Origin: Ostreococcus lucimarinus | Taxonomy: Eukaryota | Strand: one strand, 5' to 3' | DNA: 64,000 bases | Assembly: GCA_000092065.1 (NCBI GenBank) | Contig: CP000582.1 | The notes under the pieces: generated by a model | The model's input: only the letters and a program-made list of their open reading frames with translations | What the model was told of the DNA's origin: nothing | Database searches by the model: none | Shown: one piece after another, positions 29,556 to 39,051 of the stretch | How the letters are laid out: every line of letters begins with the position of its first letter | Position numbering within the stretch: position 1 is the stretch's first letter | Translations under genes and position numbers: made by a program

Positions 29556-30800
29556 TCACGACGACGACGCGCGGGACGCCGCGAGGACGCGAGCGACGAA
29601 ATCGCCGAGCGCGCGCCAGGAGGTTTGGTCGAAGGCGGCGACGTCACCGACGCGGAGAAGCTCGGCGAGGGCGTTCAAGTACGCCCAGTACACGACACGC
29701 GCGCCGTCGGCGCGAGCGAGACGGTCGGTGACGATGGATTCGGCTTTGACCCAATCGCTCGAGGCGTCGCCGGGCTCGTTTCGGGCGTCGCGGCGACGCC
29801 AGATTAAATGCGCCTCGATGGCGCTCGCGGCGCGCGGAGGGATCTCGTCCGTCGGCTCGATGTTGATGAGCGAGACGCTGGGTTGCGCGCCCGAACTTCT
29901 GAGCGCCTCGACTTCTTGTCGAAGCGCCACCGAGAGTTCCATCGACGCGTCGCTCGCGAGCTTGAGATCCGTCAGAGCTTCCTCCAAATCGCCGCGCTTC
30001 GCTCGTTCGTTTGCGAGCTCGATCCTGAGATTTTCGTTCATGACCGCGCCGTCCACGACGCCATCTCGCTCCAGCGCGTCCATGCGCTCTAAAAGTCTCG
30101 CCCTCTCGTGCATCGCGTCCGCCTTTTCCCCCTCGAGCGCCGCGACGGCTTCCGCGAGCTCGCGCGTCGTCTGAATCTTTTCCCCGAACGCCGCCGTCGT
30201 CGAATCTCGCGCGCGCGCCAGCGCCGCGTCGAGCTCGGCGCATCTCTTGCGCTCGCGCTCGAGCTCCTCGTGCGTCGCGCGCAGCGTCGTCGTCGCCGAG
30301 CGTAACCTATCCTCTAATTCTTCCAACCTCCGCGTCGCCTCCGACGCGTTCGCCCGCGCCCGCTCGCCGTCCGACGACGACGACCCAGTCTCGCGCTCTC
30401 GCGCGCGCCTCGCGCGCGCCTCAAGCGCTTCGAACGCCATCGCCATCCTCGCCTCCATCCTCGCCGCGATGCGCTCGTACTCGTCCTCCGCGTCGCGCGC
30501 GTCCCGCTCGCGCGCGTCCTCGTCGTCGCCCGCGTCGCGTCCTCGTTCCCACGCCTCCGCCGCGCCCGTCGTCGCCGATTCGAACGCCAGTTCGAGCTCG
30601 CGACCGCGACGCGTCCTCGCGTCGCCTTCGTCGTCGAACCGCGCGCGCGCGTCGCGCGCGGCGTCGCCGACCGCGCGCCTCGGCGTGCCCACTCGCCTGA
30701 ATGCGCGCGCATTCGCGCGTCTCCCGCGCGCGCGGCGCGTCCTCGCGCCGCACCGCGCCGCGGTGACGCGCGACGATATGTTTCCCACCGCTCGCGTCAT
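29556..30800 (-). CDS. coiled-coil hypothetical protein
   Basis: Track ORF 29556..31154 starts at GTG and is Arg-rich before codon 119; ATG at 30800 chosen. Long heptad-rich region (ELEDRLRSATTTLRATHEELERERKRCAELDAALARARD..., LEGEKADAMHERARLLERMDALERD) and conserved-looking C-terminus (VVYWAYLNALAELL). Start uncertain. Confidence 0.35.
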   Translation of the reverse strand: MTRAVGNISSRVTAARCGARTRRARGRRANARAFRRVGTPRRAVGDAARDARARFDDEGDARTRRGRELELAFESATTGAAEAWERGRDAGDDEDARERDARDAEDEYERIAARMEARMAMAFEALEARARRARERETGSSSSDGERARANASEATRRLEELEDRLRSATTTLRATHEELERERKRCAELDAALARARDSTTAAFGEKIQTTRELAEAVAALEGEKADAMHERARLLERMDALERDGVVDGAVMNENLRIELANERAKRGDLEEALTDLKLASDASMELSVALRQEVEALRSSGAQPSVSLINIEPTDEIPPRAASAIEAHLIWRRRDARNEPGDASSDWVKAESIVTDRLARADGARVVYWAYLNALAELLRVGDVAAFDQTSWRALGDFVARVLAASRASSS

Positions 30801-30944
30801 CGCGCGGACGCGCGCGGACGTCCGCGCGGCGCTAACGCGACGCGATGTGACCAATGCCCAATGCGCTTTTTGTCCCGACGCAGTGGATAAACCTTCGCGC
30901 GCTTCAAACGCGCGCGCGCGACCGCTCGAAGCGACGGCGACGCC

Positions 30945-31370
30945 ATGAGCGCGGCGGGAGGAAACTCGCGCGACCGCGTGGCGAGCCAGCAGCTGTCGAT
31001 GGGCGGCGCGCCGGGCGGACGGCGGCGACCGCCGCAGAAAACCTTCGCGGGGTACAGGGAGGGCGACGAGCTCGCGACGACGGGGAGCGGCGCGAGCGCC
31101 AGAGCGGCGCCGCTCGGCGCGGGCGCGACGACGGGACGGCGACGGAGGTCGCACCCGTGGTTGGACTACCCGCCGGACTTCGAACGAAAGGTCGGGGCCG
31201 CGCTGGGGGGGCTGGCGAGGGCGCCGGCGCTGCTGCTCTCGCCGCTGCCGCCGGCGGTGCGGTTTTCGTTGGCTCGTAATTTTGGGTTCGTGACGAAGAC
31301 GTTCACGCAGTTTTTCGATAAGGATGGCGTGCAGTCGGTGCAGGAGTCGATCGGGTTGGGGTCGAAGTGA
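30945..31370 (+). CDS. small hypothetical protein (141 aa)
   Basis: ATG at 30945; Gly/Ala/Arg-rich N-terminal part then conserved-looking tail HPWLDYPPDFERKVGAALGG...FGFVTKTFTQFFDKDGVQSVQESIGLGSK. No family recognised. Confidence 0.4.
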   Translation: MSAAGGNSRDRVASQQLSMGGAPGGRRRPPQKTFAGYREGDELATTGSGASARAAPLGAGATTGRRRRSHPWLDYPPDFERKVGAALGGLARAPALLLSPLPPAVRFSLARNFGFVTKTFTQFFDKDGVQSVQESIGLGSK

Positions 31371-31468
31371 GAGGATGGACGCGCCGATGGATGGACGCGC
31401 GACGCGAGCGAGGAGACGATTAGCCAGCCTAAAGAATTTTTCATTGAAATATCGAGGGTTTTTTTGTT

Positions 31469-33217
31469 CTACCAGCGACCGAGCGCCATGCCCATGACGC
31501 CGACGAGACCTGCGGCGTAGGATGCGACGGCGGCGGTCTTTTGTTGGCGATCGTAAAAGTTCGCCCCGCGCTTACTCACGGCGACGACGAGTTCTCTCGT
31601 CGTGTTGTTCGGCTCGATGCCGCGCTGCAAGAGTTCGTCGTACACCTCCACCGCCTTGTCGTAATTACCGGCGATGTCCGCGGCTTGGATGAGCGTGTTG
31701 TACGTGTGCACGGTGTGCTCGACGTCGTACAACTCCTTCATCTCGGTCGCGATTTTTGAGCACTCTCGAAAGTTGCCCTCGCTCGCGGGACCGAGCATCA
31801 AGCCGACAAAGGTGTAGTCGTCTGGCGGAATACGCCGCGCGAGCATTTGCTCGAACACCTTGCGCGCTAGATCAGTTTTCCCACTTCGTCCGTACGCCGA
31901 AATCAGCGTGCTATACGTCACGCGAGAGGGCTGAATGTTGTACAACTCTCGCATGTCTCTAAATAAAACCTCCGCGCGCTGCCACTGCGTGCACTTGCCC
32001 AAAACGCTGAGGACAATGTTGTGATGTATCTCCTTAGCCTTTCCTTCGCTCGTGAGCTGATTGAGCAAGCGCACCGCGCGCTCCCACTGCAAACTCTTTT
32101 CGTACGCGTGCAACATGGCGCTATACGTGTGGTCGTTCGGCGCCGGTCCGTCGCGACGCATGTCCTCGAACAAAGCCTCGGCGAGCTTCCAATCCATCGC
32201 CTCAGCGTACGCCTTCATGACCGCCGTGCACGTGAAAGTCGTGCGAGGCACGCGCGTGAAGGTTTCTATCGCCTCTTCGTAGTTCCCACATCGACACATC
32301 GCCGTCATGTAATCCACGTACAGCTTGCTATCCGTCGCCCGCCCGCTCGACTCGATGGCTCGCAACATCGCCCTCGCGTTGTCTTCGCTCCCCAAAACCC
32401 CGAAAGCGCTGATGAGCGCCGACGCGATCGCCAAGTCCGGTTCCACGCCATCGCGTTTCATCTCTGGAATCAACTTCACCACCGCGCGCGCCCCCGCGCG
32501 CCCGCCGTTCGCCCCGGCTCTGACCAACGCGCTGTACGTGTGCGCGTTTCTCGCCGTCCCCGCGCGCTTCATCTCCCCCAGCATCCCCAGCGCCTCCTCC
32601 CACCGTCCAGCGCCGTCCAGCGCTTGCACGCACGTCGTATACGTGTGCGTCGTCGGCGCCACCTCTCGCGCGTCCGCGCTCCGTCTTTTCATCCACTCCA
32701 GCGTCGCCAACGCCTTATCCGCGTCTCGCGCGCGCGTCGCCAACGACATCATCGTCGTGCACACGTGCGCGTTCGGCCACACCTCAGAGTCATCCGCCGT
32801 CATCGCGTCGAATATTCCGCTCGCCACGTCTCGCGCGCCTTTCGCGCCTCGCTCGCGTCCGACGCGCTTCAGCTCTTGTATCAACCACGTCGCCGCGCCG
32901 CGCTCGAGCGCCGTCGACGCGCCTCGCGCCCCCTCCTCCTCGCGCGCGCGCCTCGCCGCGCGATCGCGCGTCCGCGCGCCGTCGACGAGTCGCTCGACCT
33001 CGTCGTCGACGTCTCGCGCGCCGTCGCGCGCGTCGCGCGCGTCGCGCGCGTCCGCGACCGCGCGCGTTCGCGACGACGTCACGCGACGGCGGCGCGTCGC
33101 GCGCGCGCCGCCGCGCGCGTCGCGCGCGCGCGCGGGCGACGACGACGCGCGCGACGTCCGCGCGGACGTCGACGCGCGCGCCGACGCGCGCGGCGCGGAC
33201 GCGACGCGCGCCGACAT
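31469..33217 (-). CDS. pentatricopeptide-repeat (PPR) protein, organelle RNA-binding
   Basis: ATG at 33217 (minus). Ser/Arg/Ala-rich presequence, then more than 10 degenerate 35-aa helical repeats of PPR type (...HTYTTCVQALDGAGRWEEALGMLGEMKRAG, NAHTYSALVRAGANGG, DHTYSAMLHAYEKSLQWERAVRLLNQL, TYSTLISAYGRSGKTDLARKVFEQM, HTYNTLIQAADIAGNYDKAVEVYDEL). Confidence 0.7.
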   Translation of the reverse strand: MSARVASAPRASARASTSARTSRASSSPARARDARGGARATRRRRVTSSRTRAVADARDARDARDGARDVDDEVERLVDGARTRDRAARRAREEEGARGASTALERGAATWLIQELKRVGRERGAKGARDVASGIFDAMTADDSEVWPNAHVCTTMMSLATRARDADKALATLEWMKRRSADAREVAPTTHTYTTCVQALDGAGRWEEALGMLGEMKRAGTARNAHTYSALVRAGANGGRAGARAVVKLIPEMKRDGVEPDLAIASALISAFGVLGSEDNARAMLRAIESSGRATDSKLYVDYMTAMCRCGNYEEAIETFTRVPRTTFTCTAVMKAYAEAMDWKLAEALFEDMRRDGPAPNDHTYSAMLHAYEKSLQWERAVRLLNQLTSEGKAKEIHHNIVLSVLGKCTQWQRAEVLFRDMRELYNIQPSRVTYSTLISAYGRSGKTDLARKVFEQMLARRIPPDDYTFVGLMLGPASEGNFRECSKIATEMKELYDVEHTVHTYNTLIQAADIAGNYDKAVEVYDELLQRGIEPNNTTRELVVAVSKRGANFYDRQQKTAAVASYAAGLVGVMGMALGRW

Positions 33218-33277
33218 CCGCGCGACGGTTCGCGGCGAAGTGACGATTTCGACGCGTCGAGGTCGCCGCAGAGCGCG

Positions 33278-34684
33278 ATGCGGCCGACGCCGCCGCGCGC
33301 GCGCGCGCGCGCGCGCAAAGCCACGCGCTCGCGCGCGCTCGCGACGCGCGCGATCGCGACGATCGCGGCGACGATCGGCGCGCGCGCGGTCGATGTCGAT
33401 TCATATTTTTCGCGAAGCGAATCTTCCGCGTTCGTGCGCGCGACGTCGAACGGCACGTTCGCGGTCGGGTGCGAATCCCGAAACGTCGCCGGGATGAATT
33501 TTTACCCGCTCGTCGAGTTCGCGGGGGAATTCGCGCGCGCGAGCTTCGGGTTCGACCACGGAGACGGACGCGGACGCGCCGCGGCGAGGGACGTTTTCAA
33601 GCTCGCGCGCGAGAGCGGGATGACGACGATTCGCGCGTGGGCGTTTTCGGTGAACCCCGCGGTGCCGACGTGGGTGCGCGTGGGTGAGAGGCATCGCGAG
33701 GACGTGCTTCGAGGATTGGATTGGGCGCTCGCGGAGGCGGCGAAGCACGGATTGGATTTGCTCTTGGCGTTCGGCGACTACTGGCACACGACGGCGGAAA
33801 TCGTGCGAGAGTGCGCGCCGGAGGACGCGGAGACTGAGGACGCCGATCGCGCATTTTTCTCGCGTGAAAGCTGTAGGGAATTGTTTAAATGGCACGTGCG
33901 CACGATTTTGACGCGGAACAACACGTTCACGGGCGTGACGTATTCGACGACGCCGAACGTCTTCGGGTGGAATTTGATGAACGAGCCGCGGTGTCGAGGA
34001 TGCGACGACGCGCTTCAGGACTGGATCGACGACATGGCTGCGTACGTCAAGGCGTTCGATTCCAATCACATGCTGACCGTGGGTGAGGAAGGATTCTACG
34101 CGCACGACTCGAGTTCAGAGGGAGGCGCCGCCGCCAATCCCGCGGCGTGGGCCGCGACGACTGGGCAAGATTTCATTCGCAACCACGCGTCGAAGCACAT
34201 CGACTTCGCGACGATTCACGTGTGGCGAGACAATTGGGCGGTGTATTCGCCGAACGTGCGATTCAACGCGCAGAGATTCACTCGAAATTGGATCGCAACG
34301 CACGAGCGCGATTGTCGCACGAAGCTCCGGAAGCCGCTCTTAATCGAGGAATTCGGCGCGGCGCCCGGCGGGGTTCGCGCGCTGTCTCGCGTCAGCCGCG
34401 GCGTGAGCCGAAGGGCGTCGTTTCTAGAGGAGCGCGACGTCGAAGATTACTACCGCGCACTTCTATCACAGGTGTACCGAAGCATCGCGAGCGACGACGG
34501 GAAATTCGTTCGCGGCGCGTTATTTTGGGGGATGTTCCCGGAGGACCACCGCGGGGTAGTGGACGCGTACGATCCCTACGCCGTGTACCCGAGCGATGGC
34601 GCGTTCGCGCAGGCGACTCGTTTTGCGAAGAGCGTGCGCCGAGTCGTGCGTTCGATGTCGTGCGAGGAAGACGGGCGCGATTAA
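33278..34684 (+). CDS. glycoside hydrolase family 5 protein (endo-beta-1,4-mannanase-like)
   Basis: Track ORF 32021..34684 is antisense-of-PPR junk upstream; first plausible ATG 33278. GH5 catalytic acid motif WNLMNEPRC (NEP) and nucleophile motif LLIEEFG; mannanase-like blocks TIRAWAF, HMLTVGEEGFY, HVWRDNW. Confidence 0.7.
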   Translation: MRPTPPRARARARKATRSRALATRAIATIAATIGARAVDVDSYFSRSESSAFVRATSNGTFAVGCESRNVAGMNFYPLVEFAGEFARASFGFDHGDGRGRAAARDVFKLARESGMTTIRAWAFSVNPAVPTWVRVGERHREDVLRGLDWALAEAAKHGLDLLLAFGDYWHTTAEIVRECAPEDAETEDADRAFFSRESCRELFKWHVRTILTRNNTFTGVTYSTTPNVFGWNLMNEPRCRGCDDALQDWIDDMAAYVKAFDSNHMLTVGEEGFYAHDSSSEGGAAANPAAWAATTGQDFIRNHASKHIDFATIHVWRDNWAVYSPNVRFNAQRFTRNWIATHERDCRTKLRKPLLIEEFGAAPGGVRALSRVSRGVSRRASFLEERDVEDYYRALLSQVYRSIASDDGKFVRGALFWGMFPEDHRGVVDAYDPYAVYPSDGAFAQATRFAKSVRRVVRSMSCEEDGRD

Positions 34685-34727
34685 ATCATGGTAAGTTTGG
34701 TGATGTAATGAAAAGTACGATGGCGGT

Positions 34728-36206
34728 CTACGCCGTCTTGAGTTTCTCGGCTTCGATCGAAGAATCCGGGAGTTTGGCCATCAACGCCGCGCCGGCGGTG
34801 GCGGCGACCGTGGACGACGCCAACACGGCGAGTTTCGCGACGTTGGCCGCCGAGGGCTGACCCGCGAGCGCCATCTCAACGAGGAACAAGCACATCGTGA
34901 AACCGATACCGCCGAGCAAACCGACGATGATGAGGTGGGAGTTGTTCATTCCGCTCGGAAGCTTGCCGATTTTGGACTTGACGGCGAGCCAGGACAAACC
35001 GGCGATGCCGACGGGCTTACCCAAGAGCAAGCCGAGCATGATGCCTTGACCGACGGGTTCGGTGAACACCTTGCTCACCATGCTTGCGTCTAAAGGCACG
35101 CCCGTGTTCGCCAACGCGAAGAGAGGCATGATGACGAGCGCGGAGAGCGGGGCGAACTTGTGCACCAAGTGATCCAAGAGCGTCGGTTCGCCGCCTTCGT
35201 GTTCGGGCGTCGCGTCGCTCCCGGCGGGCGCCATCGCGTGCGCGGGCACCGCGAACGCGGCGATGACGCCCGCGACATCGGCGTTGATGCCGCCTTGCAA
35301 CAGACAGTACCACAGGGCCACGCCGAGGGCGGCGTAAACAGCCATGTTGGTGACTTCCTTTTTGCACGCGACGAAGAGCGCCGCCGTGGCCGCCGCCGCG
35401 CCCGCTATGTACGACATCGTCAACGATTTCGCGAAGCACACGGCGATCACGGCGATCGCGCCCAGGTCGTCCACGGTGGCGAGGGTGAGCAAAAACGCCG
35501 CCACGCCGCCCGGCATTTTATTTTTAAAAAAGTTGTACACTCCCATGGCGAACGCGATGTCCGTCGCCATCGGAATCGCCCAACCCGCCGTCACCGCCGC
35601 CGCCGTCGCGCCCGGATTATTACACGCCAAATACACCCCCATGGGCACCAGCATCCCGCCCAGCGCGCCGATGCACGGCAACGCCGCCTGTTGCAGGCTT
35701 CGCAGCGAGCCGTGCACGAACTCGCGCTTGATCTCCAGCCCGACGGCGAAGAAGAAAATCGCCATCAACCCCTCGTTGACCCAGTGATGCAGGCTCATGT
35801 GCAGCGCCAGCGCCGCCGGCCCGACTTTTGCGTGCCAGAACGACAGATACGCCCCAGACATCGCGCTGTTCGCCAGCGCCAGCGACACCGCGGTGGCTCC
35901 GAGGAGCGCGATCGAGCCGAAGCCCGCGTCGAGCGCCGCGTGCACGTCGACGCCCTTCATGAACGTCCCCTGCTCGCTCTCCGCCCCGTCCGTCGTCGCG
36001 CGTGCCGCGACGCGCGCCCCGACGCGCGCGGATTTTTCCACGCGTCGCGTCGCGACGCCCGCGACGCCCGCGAGCGACGCCCGCGCGCGCACCGACGGTT
36101 TCCGCGTCGCTCGCGCCATCGAAATTCGACATTCGCGCGGACTTTTCCGCGCGTCGCGCGCGATCGAAGCGCGCGTCGGTCGCGCGCTCGCGCGCGCCGC
36201 GAGCAT
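34728..36206 (-). CDS. NhaA-family Na+/H+ antiporter (bacterial type) with organellar presequence
   Basis: Track ORF 34728..36488 starts at GTG; ATG at codon 95 (36206). NhaA signature HWVNEGLMAIFFFAVGLEIKREF (E. coli [21 protein letters not shown]); AIPMATDIAFAMGV (AIPAATDIAFALGV); C-terminal GGIGFTMCLFL (GIGFTMSIFI). Confidence 0.8.
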   Translation of the reverse strand: MLAARASARPTRASIARDARKSPRECRISMARATRKPSVRARASLAGVAGVATRRVEKSARVGARVAARATTDGAESEQGTFMKGVDVHAALDAGFGSIALLGATAVSLALANSAMSGAYLSFWHAKVGPAALALHMSLHHWVNEGLMAIFFFAVGLEIKREFVHGSLRSLQQAALPCIGALGGMLVPMGVYLACNNPGATAAAVTAGWAIPMATDIAFAMGVYNFFKNKMPGGVAAFLLTLATVDDLGAIAVIAVCFAKSLTMSYIAGAAAATAALFVACKKEVTNMAVYAALGVALWYCLLQGGINADVAGVIAAFAVPAHAMAPAGSDATPEHEGGEPTLLDHLVHKFAPLSALVIMPLFALANTGVPLDASMVSKVFTEPVGQGIMLGLLLGKPVGIAGLSWLAVKSKIGKLPSGMNNSHLIIVGLLGGIGFTMCLFLVEMALAGQPSAANVAKLAVLASSTVAATAGAALMAKLPDSSIEAEKLKTA

Positions 36207-36332
36207 CCCGTCGATTCGCGTCGGTCGTCGATCGCACCGCGCGGTTCTCGCGCGCGCGTCGCGGTGCGACGCCGACGAATGGCGCGAGCGGGACAAACTG
36301 CAAAAAGCGTCCCGCGACACTCGACGGCGCGC

Positions 36333-37466
36333 ATGCGCGCGTCCGCGCGTCCGCGCGCGATCGTCGCGCGCGCGTCCAGCGCGTCGTTCGAGGATAAGTT
36401 GGCGCGCGCGCGCGGGCTGTTCGGCGTGGACTCCATCGACGCGCACGCGTCGCCGAAATCCGCGGGGTTTCGCGAGCGCGCGAGTCACGGCGTCGAGAAG
36501 ACGCGCGACGGCGCGCTGCGGCTGGTGAGCGTGCGCGCCGCGACGGGTGCGCTGGTGACGTCGGACGCGACGTCGCGCGACGACGCGGCGGGCGTCGAGC
36601 GGGCGAGGGAAATCTTCCTGAGGGTCGCGAACGACGACGCGTGGACGACGACGCGAGCGCGCGTGACGGCGGCGAATTTTTTAACGAATCGAACGTCGGA
36701 TGAGATCGTGATCGCGTGCACGCTGTCGGCGGAGAGCGGCGATGGCGACGACGCGACGTGGATGGAGTTCGCGGAGGCGATGCGAGCGCTCGACGACGCC
36801 GTCGTCGGGTGCGTTCGAAAGCGTAAGAAGACGCCGAAGCTCGTCGTCGGGCGCGATTACGTGACGGAGACCACGCGCTTGGTCGACGGTCGTTCGGTGG
36901 TTTTTAAACACGTCGAGGGGAGCTTTTCAAATCCGAACGGTGGCGTCGCCGAACTCACGGCGAATCATCTCGTTCGGATTTGCGCGGATATCGCCGGCCC
37001 GAAGACGAAATTCATCGAGCTGTACGCCGGTTGCGGAAATCACACGTGTTGCATGGCGCCGCAGTTTCCCGGCGGCGCGTTCGCGGTGGAGATTGATCCG
37101 GTTTTGGTGGAAGCGGCGCGAGAAAACTTTGCGCGCAACGGCGTTCGAGCGGAAATCGTGTGCGAACGCGCCGAGGATTGGATCGCGTCTCGCGAAAGTC
37201 CCACGAACGACCGCGACGTCGTCCTGCTCGTCGATCCACCGCGCGGTGGGTTGGACGCGCGCACGCTCGACGTCGTCACGCGCGAATTCGACGACGTCAT
37301 TTACGTCGCGTGTGACTGCGAATCACTCAAGCGAGACATCGACGACGAGCGCGTGGGATTCGCGGCGAGAGGGTTCGAACTGACATCGCTCGCGTGTTTC
37401 GACCACGCGCCGACGTCGCCGCGATGGATCGAAACCGTGGGGGTTTTTAAGAGGCGAGAGGCGTAG
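36333..37466 (+). CDS. TrmA/TRM2-family tRNA (uracil-5)-methyltransferase
   Basis: Track ORF 35160..37466 starts at GTG with about 390 junk codons; ATG at 36333 gives MRASARPRAIVARASS... (alternative 36279). SAM-MTase motifs FIELYAGCGNHT, VEIDPVLVEAARENFARNG, LLVDPPRGGLD, VIYVACDCESL; C-terminal nucleophile region FELTSLACFDHAPTSPRWIETVGVF (bacterial DMFPHTAHVESV equivalent). Last 18 codons and stop lie in copy 1 of the 160-bp tandem repeat. Confidence 0.75.
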   Translation: MRASARPRAIVARASSASFEDKLARARGLFGVDSIDAHASPKSAGFRERASHGVEKTRDGALRLVSVRAATGALVTSDATSRDDAAGVERAREIFLRVANDDAWTTTRARVTAANFLTNRTSDEIVIACTLSAESGDGDDATWMEFAEAMRALDDAVVGCVRKRKKTPKLVVGRDYVTETTRLVDGRSVVFKHVEGSFSNPNGGVAELTANHLVRICADIAGPKTKFIELYAGCGNHTCCMAPQFPGGAFAVEIDPVLVEAARENFARNGVRAEIVCERAEDWIASRESPTNDRDVVLLVDPPRGGLDARTLDVVTREFDDVIYVACDCESLKRDIDDERVGFAARGFELTSLACFDHAPTSPRWIETVGVFKRREA

Positions 37467-37891
37467 GAATAGACCGAGTAGCCGTAGCGAAAGACTTAAT
37501 AGCTATACACAATGCACAAATCACGTGATGACGTCGTCGTCGCGACTCGTGTCGGCGGCGTTTCGATTAAAGACGTCGCCGCGATGGATCGAAACCGTGG
37601 GGGTTTTTAAGAGGCGAGAGGCGTAGGAGTAGACCGAGTAGCCGTAGCGAAAGACTTAATAGCTATACACAATGCACAAATCACGTGATGACGTCGTCGT
37701 CGCGACTCGTGTCGGCGGCGTTTCGATTAAAGACGTCGCCGCGATGGATCGAAACCGTGGGGGTTTTTAAGAGGCGAGAGGCGTAGGAGTAGACCGAGTA
37801 GCCGTAGCGAAAGACTTAATAGCTATACACAATGCACAAATCACGTGATGACGTCGTCGTCGCGACTCGTGTCGGCGGCGTTTCGATTAAA
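37411..37891. repeat. 160-bp tandem repeat, about 3 copies, spanning the convergent 3' ends of two genes
   Basis: Read directly: unit GCGATGGATCGAAACCGTGGGGGTTTTTAAGAGGCGAGAGGCGTAGGA[A/G]TAGACCGAGTAGCCGTAGCGAAAGACTTAATAGCTATACACAATGCACAAATCACGTGATGACGTCGTCGTCGCGACTCGTGTCGGCGGCGTTTCGATTAAAGACGTCGCC repeats with period 160 at about 37421, 37581 and 37741; copies differ by 1 nt. Confidence 0.85.
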
Positions 37892-38746
37892 TCCCACCGC
37901 ATCCATCACCCCCGCGTGCGCGTTCAACGCCTCGGCCATCTCGCGATTGCTCGGTTCGTCGACCCACTCTTTCACGACCTCGGATCCGTCGTCGTTCCAC
38001 AAATACCATCTCCCCGGCCACCTTCGCACGAGCGTTCCCTCCGCGCCGGCCGCGGATCTCGTTCGACGACACGCGTACACCTTCTCCCACGCGTCCGTCG
38101 TCAAACACGCTCTCGCCGCCTTCTTCAACCCAAACTCCCACGGCTGTCCCACCTCCTCGCCTCGCCCCGTCCAAAACGCGTTCACCGCGACGACGATTTT
38201 CGACTCCACCTCGCCGTGCTCTCCCGCCAACAGTTTCAAAAAGTACCCGAACGTCACGTCGCTCACGTGCGTCACCACCACCGCGAACGCTTCGTCGCTC
38301 GCGTCGTTCGCGCGCAGGCTCCACAGTCCCACGCCCTCGGCGTCGCGGTCGAGCCGCCCGTGATACTCGCTCGCGTACCCGTCGAACGCGTCCCGCTCGA
38401 GCAGCGCCCGCGTCGCGCGAAACCGCTGCGCCATCCCGCCCGACCAATCCGCGGCTTGTCCGTGCAGGCCGAGGTAGACGACGTCGTCCGTCCCGACGTC
38501 GATCGACGGCAGCGGGAGCTCGACGCGCGCGCGTCGAGGCGCGGCGTCGGCGTCGCGGAGCGCGCGAAACGTCGCGCGCGCGTCCCGCGCGGCGTCCGCG
38601 CACGTCCGAGGCGGTGGCGCGCGGGACGACGCGACGATCGCGCGACGCGCGGGCGCGCGGGCGTGCGCGACGATCGCGCGACGCGCGGGCGCGCGCGCGA
38701 CGCCGCGCGGGACGCGCGCGCGCGGCGACGACGCGCGGCGCGCCAT
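37841..38746 (-). CDS. hypothetical protein (301 aa) with Arg/Ala-rich presequence
   Basis: ATG at 38746 (minus). N-terminus contains a direct duplication RAPARRAIVA x2 from a 34-bp DNA repeat. Globular-looking C-terminal region (FAVVVTHVSDVTFGYFLKLLAGEHG..., WEFGLKKAARACLTTDAW) with no recognised family. Last 16 codons and stop are encoded inside copy 3 of the 160-bp repeat. Confidence 0.45.
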   Translation of the reverse strand: MARRASSPRARVPRGVARAPARRAIVAHARAPARRAIVASSRAPPPRTCADAARDARATFRALRDADAAPRRARVELPLPSIDVGTDDVVYLGLHGQAADWSGGMAQRFRATRALLERDAFDGYASEYHGRLDRDAEGVGLWSLRANDASDEAFAVVVTHVSDVTFGYFLKLLAGEHGEVESKIVVAVNAFWTGRGEEVGQPWEFGLKKAARACLTTDAWEKVYACRRTRSAAGAEGTLVRRWPGRWYLWNDDGSEVVKEWVDEPSNREMAEALNAHAGVMDAVGFNRNAADTSRDDDVIT

Positions 38747-38889
38747 GACGCGCGGCGAACGCGACGCGCGCGACGACGCGCGCGCGCATCAACCCGTAAC
38801 ACGAACGCGGTGGAGGTCGCGGGTGTCGTCGGGCGATTTATTCGTGTTGTGTCGTAGTGTAGACGATTTCGTCCTATCATCAATCACAA

Positions 38890-39033
38890 GGGGCATTGGT
38901 CTAGTGGTATGATACTCTCTTAGGGTGCGCGCGACGACGCGTCACACTCGAGACTCGAGCTCGGCTCGCGCCGAGCGCTCGATCGGCTTCACTGACGTGG
39001 GAGTGGTCCGCGGTTCGATTCCGCGATGCCCCC
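38890..39033 (+). tRNA. tRNA-Pro: tRNA-Pro (anticodon AGG) with 72-nt intron at canonical 37/38 position
   Basis: Read directly: 5' half GGGGCATTGGTCTAGTGGTATGATACTCTCTTAGGG (near-identical to human tRNA-Pro D-arm and anticodon loop CTTAGGGT). 3' half TGGGAGTGGTCCGCGGTTCGATTCCGCGATGCCCCC with T-arm CGCGG/TTCGATT/CCGCG and acceptor GGGGCAT:ATGCCCC, discriminator C, no encoded CCA. Intervening 72 nt (about 38926..38997) between anticodon-loop position 37 and 38. Mature length 72 nt. Confidence 0.85.
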
Positions 39034-39051
39034 TCTTTCTCTTTTTTTTAT
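39034..39051 (+). terminator. RNA polymerase III terminator (T-run) after tRNA-Pro
   Basis: TCTTTCTCTTTTTTTTAT immediately 3' of the discriminator base; oligo-T runs terminate Pol III. Confidence 0.55.

Noticed and set aside
36480-36730. Small coordinate inconsistencies (1-2 nt) between ORF-track boundaries and my reading of the printed sequence in CG-repeat-rich stretches
   Set aside because: Probably my miscounting of nearly identical CGCG runs rather than a real indel. I therefore relied on track coordinates and codon arithmetic for CDS boundaries and flag plus or minus 2 nt uncertainty for features read directly (tRNA, repeats, introns).
38640-38712. 34-bp direct duplication inside the N-terminal coding region of the hypothetical gene 37841..38746 (encodes RAPARRAIVA twice)
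   Set aside because: Real in the sequence but a simple in-frame duplication within a presequence-like region; no indication of an independent element.
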